DNA from: an uncultured Planctomycetia bacterium
GTDB taxonomy: Bacteria > Planctomycetota > UBA1135 > JALUZX01
Reading direction: 5' to 3'
Length of the DNA: 64,000 nucleotides
Assembly: GCA_964561605.1 (NCBI GenBank)
Contig: CAZLQD010000010.1
Location: 173,077 to 237,076, forward strand
Positions 46,065 through 57,071 of this stretch are shown here, in pieces; position 1 is the first letter of the stretch; each line of letters opens with the position of its first letter. Position numbers and translations under genes: made by a program. The notes under the pieces are model-generated. The model made no database searches and was not told the origin of the DNA. It was given only the letters and a program-made list of their open reading frames with translations.

Positions 46065-48692
46065 ATGCACCGGATCCGCGAGAAAAAGGGGAGACTCCCC
46101 CTGGAGGAGCTGCCGCTCCTTCCCGGCCAGGCGGAGTCGTTGAGAAAAGCCGGCCTGGCCGGGGTGGAAGACCTCTTCAGGCATCCCGCCGTCCAGGCAG
46201 CCATCGGAAAGATCCTGGCCGAGCCCAAGGGGGAGTGGGACCGGGAGGTCCTGGACCTTCCCCTGGAAAGCTTCCTCTCCGGTCCGGGCCTGGAGAACCT
46301 CCACGCCAAGGGGTGCCGCACCCTGGGACACCTCCTCTCCCTGCCGGTGGAATCCTACAAGGAACTGGCCCACCTGGACTGGAATCCCCAGGGGCTCCTG
46401 GAATCCCTGGGGCTTCCAAAAAACGACGGGCCGGATCTGGACAGACCCATAGAGGAATTCGCCCAGACTCCCCGGGCGAGGAAGGCCTGCCGGGCCCTGG
46501 GCGTCCGCACGGTCCGTGACTTCCTCGCCAAGGACAAGTCCGAGTTCCTCGCCGTCCCCGGAGTGGGGCCGAAGACTTGGAAGGGTATACAGAAAGGAGT
46601 CAGGGAGTACCTCTCCCGGTCCAAGGAGCAGAACTCCCAGGAACATCCCGGCCTGGAGACCCCCCTCAGCCGGCTCGTGGAGAACAAGCGGGCCGTCAAA
46701 GCCTTCGAGGAGCTCGGCCTCGTCACGGTGAAGGACTTCCTCCGCACGCCGAAGGACAAGTTCCTCTCTCTCAGGAATTTCGGGGAAAGGACCTGGTGGG
46801 AGATCCAGGCCCGGATCCAGGCTCTCTTCGGAACGGCCCATCCCGTTCCCCCCGCCTGTCCCCCTTCCCTCCTGGAGCTAAGGGTGGAACTCCTTCCCCT
46901 CCCGGGCAGGGCCGCCGCCGTCCTGAAGGAAATGGAAGTCCACACCGTGGGGGACCTCTTCGCCCTTCCCAAGGGGTACCTTCTCTCCCACCGGAACTTC
47001 GGCGAGGAAAGCTGGAAGGCCCTGGTGACGGCCCTCGACGAGGCGGTCCGCCAGGGACTGGCCCAGGTGGCCGGCCCTCCCCCTGCGGAGGTCTCGGGTC
47101 TGGAAGAACTCAGGAAGATCCTGGAAGAAAGACTCCCCGACGACAGGAGTCGTTTCGTCCTCGAGGCCAGGACGGGCCTCGAAGGGGGCGAAGTGCTGAC
47201 CTTGCAGAGGCTCGGAAACCGCCTGGGAATCTCCCGGGAGCGGGCCCGCCAGCTCTCCAACAAAGTCCGGGACGTCCTGGCCGGCCGGGCCAGGCCCTAC
47301 CTGGAACGCCTCAAGGGCGAGGCCGAGGAGTTCATCCTCTCCCGGGGCGGAATCGCCTCGGGAAAGGACCTCTCCACCCTTCCCCTGGCCCAGGGGAAGG
47401 GTGGCCCCGGGAAGAGGGCCCGGATCGTGGAGGAGATCCTCCTCTTCTTCTTCCCGGAAGACTTCCACCGCCTCTCCACGGGAGCCCTGACCACGGCCTC
47501 CCCGGAGAAGGTACGGCTCCTCCAGAAGGCCCTGGGGGAACTCTTCGCCGGAGGGGTCCGTTCCCGCCCCAAGGAGGCCCTGGCCAAGGCCCTGGAGGAG
47601 GCGGACCTGGAACCGGAGCTCTACACGGGTCTGGCCCTCCACCTGGCCCGGTTCCGTTTCGGTGCGGCCCTGGTGCAGGAGAGAAAGAGGGAGACCCTCC
47701 AGACCCCCGGCGCCGGAGCGGCCGAAAGGGTCGCCCGGATCCTGGCGGGCAGGAAGGCCCCGGTGAGCCTCTCGGACCTCCAGGTGGTCTTCTCCAGCAG
47801 GTTCTCCGCCATCTCCCGTAGGAGGCTCAGGCGGATCCTGGCCTCGGACAGGCGTTTCGTCCGGCTGGGACCGGATCTCTACGGCCTGGCCAGGGATTTC
47901 CCCCTGGACGGAGAGAAGGCCCGGAGGTGGAGGGAAAAAGCCCGGAAGATCCTGGAGAGGGAAGAAAGGCCCCTTTCGGTGGCCGAGATCCTTCCCGGCG
48001 AGGATCCCTACCAGGTGGACCGGGCTCTAAGAGGGGCCAAGGGTTTCCGGCCCCTGGGAAAACTTCTCTATACTCTCGACCGGGCAGGAAGGGAGAGGCC
48101 CTCCTGGATGGAGAGGCTCGTTCTCGGGCTCATGGAGGAGACGGGCGGAGAGCTTCCCCTGGAGGACCTGGTCCGCGCCCTCTCCCAGGGCGACGGCCCC
48201 TCGCCCGGGGCCCTGAGGGAGCTGATCCTCTCTTCCCGCCTCTTCGCCCTCTATCCCGGCGGTGGTTACGGACCGGCGTCCGCACACCCGGTGGATCCGG
48301 AGAGGAGGATCAGGGCACTGGATACGGCCCTGGAGATCCTGAGATCCCGAGGAGGTTACGACCGGGTCCCCCGGCTGCGGCTGGAACTCACCGGCAAGGA
48401 CATCCTCCCCCGCCGGGTGGACGAGAAGATCCTGAGGGACTTCATGGCCCGGGACGGGAGGTTCGAGTTCTTCGGCGAGGACTTCGTGACCCTCGCCGGA
48501 GGAGGGACCCTCCCCTGGATCCAGGAGACGGTCCTCTCCGCCCTCAGAGAGGCGGGGGTTCCCCTCTCCCTTCCGAGGATCCTGGCCGAGCGGCCCGAGC
48601 TGGCCGAGTTCGAGGAGGCCCTGGAGGAAATCCTCAGGAAGTCCCCCTTCGTGGTCACCCTGGAGGACGGGACCTTCGGACTCCTCTCCTGA
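46065..48692 (+). CDS. Multi-domain transcription-associated protein: 5 RNAP alpha-CTD-like HhH repeats, a sigma-70 region-4-like HTH, and about 5 HARE-HTH-like winged-helix repeats
   Basis: Repeats such as TPRARKACRALGVRTVRDFLAKDKSEFLAVPGVGPKTWKGI and ENKRAVKAFEELGLVTVKDFLRTPKDKFLSLRNFGERTWWEI (aa ~10-330). EARTGLEGGEVLTLQRLGNRLGISRERARQLSNKVRDVL (aa ~346-406). C-terminal repeats end in RFVRLGPDLYGLARDF, RFEFFGEDFVTLAGG, VVTLEDGTFGLLS. Confidence 0.65.
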   Translation: MHRIREKKGRLPLEELPLLPGQAESLRKAGLAGVEDLFRHPAVQAAIGKILAEPKGEWDREVLDLPLESFLSGPGLENLHAKGCRTLGHLLSLPVESYKELAHLDWNPQGLLESLGLPKNDGPDLDRPIEEFAQTPRARKACRALGVRTVRDFLAKDKSEFLAVPGVGPKTWKGIQKGVREYLSRSKEQNSQEHPGLETPLSRLVENKRAVKAFEELGLVTVKDFLRTPKDKFLSLRNFGERTWWEIQARIQALFGTAHPVPPACPPSLLELRVELLPLPGRAAAVLKEMEVHTVGDLFALPKGYLLSHRNFGEESWKALVTALDEAVRQGLAQVAGPPPAEVSGLEELRKILEERLPDDRSRFVLEARTGLEGGEVLTLQRLGNRLGISRERARQLSNKVRDVLAGRARPYLERLKGEAEEFILSRGGIASGKDLSTLPLAQGKGGPGKRARIVEEILLFFFPEDFHRLSTGALTTASPEKVRLLQKALGELFAGGVRSRPKEALAKALEEADLEPELYTGLALHLARFRFGAALVQERKRETLQTPGAGAAERVARILAGRKAPVSLSDLQVVFSSRFSAISRRRLRRILASDRRFVRLGPDLYGLARDFPLDGEKARRWREKARKILEREERPLSVAEILPGEDPYQVDRALRGAKGFRPLGKLLYTLDRAGRERPSWMERLVLGLMEETGGELPLEDLVRALSQGDGPSPGALRELILSSRLFALYPGGGYGPASAHPVDPERRIRALDTALEILRSRGGYDRVPRLRLELTGKDILPRRVDEKILRDFMARDGRFEFFGEDFVTLAGGGTLPWIQETVLSALREAGVPLSLPRILAERPELAEFEEALEEILRKSPFVVTLEDGTFGLLS

Positions 48693-48696
48693 GGGG

Positions 48697-48724
48697 AAAA
48701 AAGGGGCCCCGAAGAGGGGCCCCC
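48697..48724 (-). terminator. Intrinsic terminator after the PAP2 gene (minus strand)
   Basis: On the minus strand: ggggcccc-tcttc-ggggcccc (8-bp GC stem) followed by tttttt. Confidence 0.6.
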
Positions 48725-48785
48725 GGAAGTTTCCGGAAAGGGGATGGGCGGAAAGCCTTCGCCCTCCCGCCTCCCACCCTCCCCG

Positions 48786-49658
48786 TCAGGGCCGGCCCGG
48801 CCGGGAGAGAGCCCAGGCACCGCCCCTCCTGTCCATCCAGAGGGCGGCCCGCATGGAGGGGTAGTAGAGGAGCGCCCCGGCCAGGACGTCCAGGAGGTAG
48901 TGGAACCTCAGGGTGACCGTCGCCAGGATCAACCCGGCCCCCACGGGCAGGAGGAGGAGAAAAAGCCTCCTGTGGCGCCGCCACGCAAGGTGCAGCACCG
49001 TGAGGGTCAGCCAGGTGTGGCCCGAGGGAAAACAATCCCGCTTGTTCAGCTCCAGGCCGTCCAGGAGCCCGTAGATCCAGTGGAAGAGCCCTCCCCCTTC
49101 CAGGGGCTCCCGGAAGTGGAGGACCTTCACGGGGGCCAAGACGGGAAAGGCGAGGTAGAGGAGGTAGCTGAAACAGAAACCGAAGGTTACGGCCAGGAGG
49201 GTTTCCTTCGTTCCTTCCAGGTCTCCCTTCCTGATGAGGGCGAAACCCAGGGCGAGGGGAAGGAAGTAGAAGGAGGAGTAACAAAGGATCAGCAGGTCCG
49301 GGACGATCCCCCGCCGGAGGAAGGCCGTCACCTGGTCCACGTCCCTCCCCCCCAAGAGGAGCCGGTCTCCCAGGACGACGTACCACTCCAGGGGGTCCGG
49401 ATTGACCCAGGGGAGGAGAAGGCCCGTCTCGGTGAAGACCAGGGGGAGGAACAGGGCGGCCATCCCCCCCCGAACCAGCAGGGAGCGGAGGTGGAACCCC
49501 TTCCCGCCGGCCCATCCGGCCAGGAGGGGAAGGAGGAAGAAGGCCGCCAGGTGTACCAGGAGGAGGATCCACCGCCCCGGCACCCCCCGTCCCACCAGGA
49601 GCAGGAGGGCGGCCGCAACGGCGTTGTACCACCTGAGGATGTCGTCGAAGGTTCCCAT
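48786..49658 (-). CDS. PAP2-superfamily membrane phosphatase/phosphotransferase
   Basis: Multi-TM. FPSGHTWLT and RFHYLLDVLAG (PAP2 motifs C2/C3). Trimmed to Met at MGTFDD. Confidence 0.7.
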   Translation of the reverse strand: MGTFDDILRWYNAVAAALLLLVGRGVPGRWILLLVHLAAFFLLPLLAGWAGGKGFHLRSLLVRGGMAALFLPLVFTETGLLLPWVNPDPLEWYVVLGDRLLLGGRDVDQVTAFLRRGIVPDLLILCYSSFYFLPLALGFALIRKGDLEGTKETLLAVTFGFCFSYLLYLAFPVLAPVKVLHFREPLEGGGLFHWIYGLLDGLELNKRDCFPSGHTWLTLTVLHLAWRRHRRLFLLLLPVGAGLILATVTLRFHYLLDVLAGALLYYPSMRAALWMDRRGGAWALSRPGRP

Positions 49659-49737
49659 GGAGAAGGGAAGCCTAGACCAAGGCCCGCACCGATCCAAGGC
49701 CGGGCATCCCGGCAAATGCCCCCTCTCCGCCCCCGGC

Positions 49738-50328
49738 CTATCCCTTTCCGGCCTTGGCCCCGGCGGTTACGGCGAACCGCAGGGCCTCCTCGGTGGACAT
49801 GTCCAGGGGTGTCAGGGCCTCTTTCGGGAGGAAGACCGTGATCCCCCCGATCTGGTAGCTCATGGGAAGGTAGACCCCCACCAACCCGCTCCCTCCGAGC
49901 CCTTCGGGAAGGTCCGAGAGATCCTCCCGGGTGACGAACCCCAGGAGCCGAACCTTGGGCTCGCCGAGCTCCACCACCACGACCTGGCCGATCTTCTTCT
50001 CCCCGCTCCCTCCGAAGAAGGAGAGCATGTCCTTGATGGAGCTGTAGAGGCTCTTCACCAGGGGGACACGCTCCAGGAGCCCTTCGGCCCAGGAGAAGAG
50101 GAGACCGAAGACCCAGGCCTGGAGGAGGAACCCCACCAGGACGATGACCGCAACGCCGGCGGCGATCCCCATTCCCGGCACATAGGAATCGGGAGGGACG
50201 ACCAGCCTGATGGCCGAGCCCAACACCCCCTCGGCCGTCGTGGCGGTCCAGTAGACCACGTAGATCGTGAGAAGGACCGGGGCCAGGGTGAGAAGTCCCC
50301 GGAAGAACGCGCGACCGATCACCTTCAT
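49738..50328 (-). CDS. DUF502 family membrane protein
   Basis: FFRGLLTLAPVLLTIYVVYW, RVPLVKSLYSSIKD, GFVT..., VYLPMS. Confidence 0.8.
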   Translation of the reverse strand: MKVIGRAFFRGLLTLAPVLLTIYVVYWTATTAEGVLGSAIRLVVPPDSYVPGMGIAAGVAVIVLVGFLLQAWVFGLLFSWAEGLLERVPLVKSLYSSIKDMLSFFGGSGEKKIGQVVVVELGEPKVRLLGFVTREDLSDLPEGLGGSGLVGVYLPMSYQIGGITVFLPKEALTPLDMSTEEALRFAVTAGAKAGKG

Positions 50329-50469
50329 GTCTCCTCCTGTCCCGCCTCCCCGGCGGGGCCTGGAAAGGAACGAGGACCGACCCGGCTCCCCCTCTTCCCC
50401 CCGGCCCCCAGGATACCCTCCTTTCCCGCCGGGTTCCCGGGGGAGGGCCTCCGGCCCGGAGCGCAGGAC

Positions 50470-51225
50470 TTATTTTCCCTTTTTCTTCCTGGAATCGATA
50501 TGGACGCCCTGCTTCTTCTTCCAAAGAAAGGGCCCGATGAGGAGCATCCCGCAAAGGAAGCCCCCCACGTGGGCGAAGTAGGCGATCCCCTGCCACCCTT
50601 CCAGGGCGAGGAGGGTGTGCTGGGCGTTCAGGAGCTGGAAGAGGAACCAGGCCAGGAGGAAGACGAAGGCCGGCACGTCGGCCACGAAGAGGAAGAAGAG
50701 CCAGAGCACCACACGGATCCGGGCCTTCGGAAAGGCCAGCATGTATCCTCCCAGGACTCCCGCGATGGCCCCCGAGGCCCCCACCATGGGGATGCTCTTC
50801 ATCGGGTCCATGGCCACGTGGACGACCATGGCCGCAAGGCCGCAAAGGAAGTAGAAGGCCAGGAAGCGGAAGGTCCCGAGCCTGCTCTCCAGGCCCCACC
50901 CGAAGACCCAGAGGAAGAGCATGTTCCCGAGGAGGTGGATCTCGTGGGCGTGGAGAAACATGTGCCCGAAGGCCGGAAGGATCCCCAGGGTGAAGAACTC
51001 CCGGGGAGCGCTCAGGACGAGGCCCGGATCGTGAATTACGTCCCGCCAGGTTTCCAGGAAGAGTGAAGGCTTCAGGGCCCCGTAGCGGTCGAACCAGACG
51101 GCGGCGGCGCTGTCGAAGTAGCGGGCCATGGCGAAGAGGATCGTGCAGGTCGAGACGAGGAGGAACACCCCCCAGGGAAAGCGCTTGCCGGCGAGGTTGT
51201 CCGAGAAAGGAAGGGGGACGACCAT
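50470..51225 (-). CDS. Rhomboid-family intramembrane serine protease
   Basis: HMFLHAHEIHLLGNMLFLWVFG, GASGAIAGVLG (catalytic Ser), AHVGGFLCG (catalytic His). The start lies 1 nt after the spoVR stop. Confidence 0.85.
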   Translation of the reverse strand: MVVPLPFSDNLAGKRFPWGVFLLVSTCTILFAMARYFDSAAAVWFDRYGALKPSLFLETWRDVIHDPGLVLSAPREFFTLGILPAFGHMFLHAHEIHLLGNMLFLWVFGWGLESRLGTFRFLAFYFLCGLAAMVVHVAMDPMKSIPMVGASGAIAGVLGGYMLAFPKARIRVVLWLFFLFVADVPAFVFLLAWFLFQLLNAQHTLLALEGWQGIAYFAHVGGFLCGMLLIGPFLWKKKQGVHIDSRKKKGK

Positions 51226-51226
51226 G

Positions 51227-52726
51227 TCACTTTTCCGAGGGGGTCATGTCCCGGCTCTTGGCCTCCGTTCCGTCGAAGGAGAGGATCTTGCCCTTTCCCC
51301 CGAGCCGGGTCTCGATGTGGACGGGACGTTTCCACATCCTGTGGAGGTTCTTCAGGGTCTCCAGGGCCTCGTCGAGCTGGAGCTCCACGCCGTCCCACCG
51401 GTGCACGAGATAGAGCTCGCCCCGGTTCCCGTAGTTGCCGTCCACCACGGTGATCCAGGGCTGGCCGAAGTTGGTGAGCTGGCGGATGAGCTGCTCCTTC
51501 ACCTTCCGGTAGTCCCTGTCCACGATCTCCATCCGGCCCGTCTGGGGATTGAAGCCGTAGACGAAGAGCTTGAGCCTCTCGGCGAATTCCTCCGTCAGGA
51601 ATTCATCTATGAAGGAGACGTCGTTGTAGATCCGCCGGACCTCGAAGATCTTCTCGCGCCCCAGGCCCAGGTGGAGGTCCCAGTCCCGGAGCTTCTCGGC
51701 GTCGTCGCACTCCTCGTACTCCTTGCCGAACCTTCCCTTGTTCCAGCGGTCCTCGATGTCCCGGAAGAGCTCCACGCCGATCTTGTAGGGGTTGATCCGC
51801 CCGGGCATCATGGCGAGGGTGCCGGCCGTGTGGTCGGCGTAGTCCACGACCTCCTCGTCGGTGAGGATCCTGGAAGTCATGATCTTGGAGTGCCAGTACA
51901 CGGCCCACCCTTCGTTCATGATCTTCGTCTGGCCCTGGGGAGCGAAGTAGTAGGCCTCCTCCCGCAGCATGGCCAGGATGTCCTGCTCCCAGGGCTCCAG
52001 AGGGGCGTATTCGAGCAGGAACTTGAGGACGTCCTTGCGGGGCTCCGGAGGGAAGCTCCGCTCCCTCGCCCTTTCCTCCAGGATGCGCTTCTTCTCGGCC
52101 TCGAGGAACTCCGGGGGATTGATGTACCGGTCCATGTAGTCCCGGTCCGTCTTGATCTTGGAGACCACCACCCTGTCGGGGTCCATGTCCTCCGGGGAAG
52201 GCGGCGGGGACTCCCTCCTGATGAAGGGGGAGTGGATGTCGATCAGGTTGTCCAGGGAGAGGCAGGCGTCGATGAACTCCTCCACTCTCTCCACGCCGAG
52301 CCTGTCCATGTAGGACCGGATCCTGGAGCCGTGGTTGGCCATCCGGTCCATCATCTTCCTGTCGGTCTTGCTGAACCAGAGGTTGTTCTTGAAGAAGTCA
52401 CAGTGGCCGTACACGTGGGCCATCACGAGTTTCTGGTCCACCATGCTGTTGGACCGCATGAGATAGGCGTAGCAGGGATCGTTGTTGATCACCAGTTCGT
52501 AGATCTTGGAGAGCCCGTAGGAGTAGCTCTTGGAGAGCTCCTCGTATTCCATCCCGAACCGCCAGTGCGGATAACGGGTGGGGAATCCCCCGTAGGCGGC
52601 CACCATGTTGAGCTCGTCGTAGTCCACCAGCTCGAAGATGGTCTCGTAGAAGTCCAGGCCGAACTCCAGGGCCACGTCCCGGATCCGGTCCCTGGCGGCG
52701 GCGAGTTCGGGTGTAAGGTTTCCCAC
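51227..52726 (-). CDS. spoVR: SpoVR/YcgB family protein
   Basis: GTG at 52726 preceded by gggagg. GLDFYETIFELVDYDELN, HWRFGMEYE, AHVYGHCDFFKNN, IMNEGWAVYWH. Confidence 0.9.
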   Translation of the reverse strand: MGNLTPELAAARDRIRDVALEFGLDFYETIFELVDYDELNMVAAYGGFPTRYPHWRFGMEYEELSKSYSYGLSKIYELVINNDPCYAYLMRSNSMVDQKLVMAHVYGHCDFFKNNLWFSKTDRKMMDRMANHGSRIRSYMDRLGVERVEEFIDACLSLDNLIDIHSPFIRRESPPPSPEDMDPDRVVVSKIKTDRDYMDRYINPPEFLEAEKKRILEERARERSFPPEPRKDVLKFLLEYAPLEPWEQDILAMLREEAYYFAPQGQTKIMNEGWAVYWHSKIMTSRILTDEEVVDYADHTAGTLAMMPGRINPYKIGVELFRDIEDRWNKGRFGKEYEECDDAEKLRDWDLHLGLGREKIFEVRRIYNDVSFIDEFLTEEFAERLKLFVYGFNPQTGRMEIVDRDYRKVKEQLIRQLTNFGQPWITVVDGNYGNRGELYLVHRWDGVELQLDEALETLKNLHRMWKRPVHIETRLGGKGKILSFDGTEAKSRDMTPSEK

Positions 52727-52731
52727 GGCCC

Positions 52732-53829
52732 CTACCTCCCCTTCCCCAGGAAGTCCTTGATGGATTGGAGGATCCCCTCCCGGTCGGGGATGTCCGAGGT
52801 GATCAGGGCCTCCTCGTCGGGGAAGGCCTTGTCCAGGTCCTTCTTGAACTGGCCCGAGCCGTAAGCGGAGCGGACCTGGCCGTAGCAGAAGGCGTTGACC
52901 GAGGGCAAGAGATCCTCCTGGAGGATCTGGATACACCTCTCCGTGTCCCGGGAGGACCAGTTGTCTCCGTCGGAGAAGTGGAAGGGGTATATGTTCCACT
53001 CCTCCGGGGGAAACTGGGCCCGGATCAACCTGTCGCACAGCTCGTAGGCCGAGGAGATCTTCGTCCCCCCAGCCTCCCTCAAGTGGTAGAAGGTGTTCTC
53101 GTCCACAAGGTGGGCTTCCACGTCGTGGACGATGTAGCGCACCTCGAGATTCCTGTACTGGTGGCGGAGCCAGGTGTCGATCCAGAAGGCCTCGATCCTC
53201 ACCAGCTCCTTCTGTTCCTTCCCCATGGAGCCCGAGACGTCCATCATGTAGATCACCACGGCGCTGGCCTGGGGTGTGGGCTTCTTCTTCCAGGAGCGGT
53301 AACGCCTGTCCTCCTTGTAGGGGATGATCACCGGGTGATCGGGGTCGTAGAGCCCCATGGCGATCTGGCGTTTCAGGGCCTCCTTGAAGGTCCGCTTGAA
53401 GTGCCGGAGCGTCTCGGGGCCGGCCTTGGCGATCCCCGTGTAGGCTCCCTTCTCGGCCGCCGTGAGCCGGGCTCCCTTGGGCTGGATGTTGGGAAGCTCC
53501 AGCTCCTCCCCCAGGATCTTGGCGAGCTCCTCGAGCTCCACGTCCACCTCGAGGATGTGCTGGCCGGGCTTGTCGCCGGCCTGCTTCTGCCCCTCGCCGG
53601 TGTCCACGGGGGTGCCTTCCTCCCCCTCGCCCTGGCCTACCCCCTGGCCCTTGTTGTCGCCGAAGCGGAACCTGGGAAGCCTGACCTGGGGAAGGGGGAT
53701 GGAGACGGTATGCTTCCCCTTCCGCCCGATCAGTTCGCCCTGGGAGACGTACTTCTTCAGGTTCTTCTTTATGATCCCCCGGACGATCTGGCGGAACCGG
53801 GTATGGTCCTTTTCGATTCTCTTTACCAT
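52732..53829 (-). CDS. yhbH: YeaH/YhbH family protein (DUF444, vWA-like)
   Basis: [34 protein letters not shown]. Sits between prkA and spoVR. Confidence 0.9.
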   Translation of the reverse strand: MVKRIEKDHTRFRQIVRGIIKKNLKKYVSQGELIGRKGKHTVSIPLPQVRLPRFRFGDNKGQGVGQGEGEEGTPVDTGEGQKQAGDKPGQHILEVDVELEELAKILGEELELPNIQPKGARLTAAEKGAYTGIAKAGPETLRHFKRTFKEALKRQIAMGLYDPDHPVIIPYKEDRRYRSWKKKPTPQASAVVIYMMDVSGSMGKEQKELVRIEAFWIDTWLRHQYRNLEVRYIVHDVEAHLVDENTFYHLREAGGTKISSAYELCDRLIRAQFPPEEWNIYPFHFSDGDNWSSRDTERCIQILQEDLLPSVNAFCYGQVRSAYGSGQFKKDLDKAFPDEEALITSDIPDREGILQSIKDFLGKGR

Positions 53830-53839
53830 GGGTCGGCGC

Positions 53840-55858
<2,019 letters not shown>

Positions 55859-56093
55859 GGCTCCGTCCTTTCCTGGGCCCTGAGCCCCGCTTCCCGCCGG
55901 GGCCCGGAAGGGCCCATGCCATCGGGATTATCGGCGCCTCGCGGGAGGGCCCTGTAGCCTCCCCTCCCGCGGGGCCTTCACTCTTTCATAGCGGTCCTGG
56001 CGCTGCCGGTTGTCTCATGGTTGGACAGGTTTCCCCCTTTTTCCCGCAGGTGTTAGTCTTTTTTCTTTCCCGCTCCCATGGAGGAACGACGGA

Positions 56094-57071
56094 TTGCGAA
56101 GAAACAAGCGATTTCCCAAGGCCCTGGCCCTGCTGGGCATCCTGGTCCTCTCCACCGGTTGCTCCGACCAGGGGAGGAGGAACCCCGATACCGGACCGGT
56201 CCGGCCCATCCCCAGGCCGGGCGTGGACGGCCGCCGGGCCCTGGCCCTACTGAAGAAGATCGTGGCCTTCGGGCCCCGGGTCCCGGGCTCCCAGGCCGCC
56301 GCCAGGACCCGGGCTCTCCTGGTGAAGGAACTGGAGAGCCTGGGCGTCCAGGTGGAGCAACAGGTCTTCCCCGCCCGCATCCGGGGGGAGACCCTCCCCC
56401 TGGTCAACCTCTGGGCCAGGATCCCCGGCAAAGAGAAGGACAAGGTCATCCTCCTGGGGACCCACTACGACACGAAGATCACCTCGGGCCACCCCGACCC
56501 GGCCCACAACTTCCCCTTCCAGGGTGCCAACGACGGTGGGTCCGGAACGGTGGTCCTCCTGGAGATCGCCAGGAAACTGGTGAAGACGCCCCACCGGGCC
56601 ACCTACTGGCTGGTCTGGTTCGACGGCGAGGAATCGGTCCCCTTCGAGTGGGAGGACTCCCAGGCCCTCTTCGGATCCCGCCACTTCGTGAAAGCCCTGG
56701 AGGAGAAAGGCCTCCTGGGAAGGCTCAAGGCCATGATCCTCCTGGACATCGTGGGAACGCCGGACCTCCTCCTGGACGACGAGGGATACTCCGACTCCCG
56801 GCTGAAGGAGATCTTCCGCAGGACGGCCCGCCGCCTGGGCCGGAAGACCCCCCTCTTCTCTTCCTACGGCTTCCCGATCGAGGACGACCACTACCCCTTC
56901 CACCAGAAAGGCATCCCCGTCCTGGACTTGATCGGCCTGACCCAACTCACGGACCTTGGAATCTGGCACACCTCCAAGGACACCGTGGACCGGGTCTCAC
57001 CGGAGAGCCTCTCCTGGATCGGCGACCTGACCCTGGCGGCCCTTCCGGAAGTGGAGAAGGCCTTTCTCTAG
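56094..57071 (+). CDS. M28-family metallopeptidase / glutaminyl-cyclase-like lipoprotein
   Basis: TTG at 56094 preceded by ggagga (the track start at 56010 is less likely). Lipobox LVLSTGC. GTHYDT, GANDGGSGTVVLLEIAR, WFDGEE, EDDHYPF. Confidence 0.8.
   Translation: MRRNKRFPKALALLGILVLSTGCSDQGRRNPDTGPVRPIPRPGVDGRRALALLKKIVAFGPRVPGSQAAARTRALLVKELESLGVQVEQQVFPARIRGETLPLVNLWARIPGKEKDKVILLGTHYDTKITSGHPDPAHNFPFQGANDGGSGTVVLLEIARKLVKTPHRATYWLVWFDGEESVPFEWEDSQALFGSRHFVKALEEKGLLGRLKAMILLDIVGTPDLLLDDEGYSDSRLKEIFRRTARRLGRKTPLFSSYGFPIEDDHYPFHQKGIPVLDLIGLTQLTDLGIWHTSKDTVDRVSPESLSWIGDLTLAALPEVEKAFL

Noticed and set aside
55997-56016. Sigma-54-like element (ctggcgctgccggttgtc) upstream of the M28 gene
   Set aside because: The GG-to-TTG spacing is one nucleotide longer than the TGGCAC-N5-TTGC consensus, and the -12 element reads TTGT. 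I also found no convincing -24/-12 element on the prkA side. This is too weak to call.
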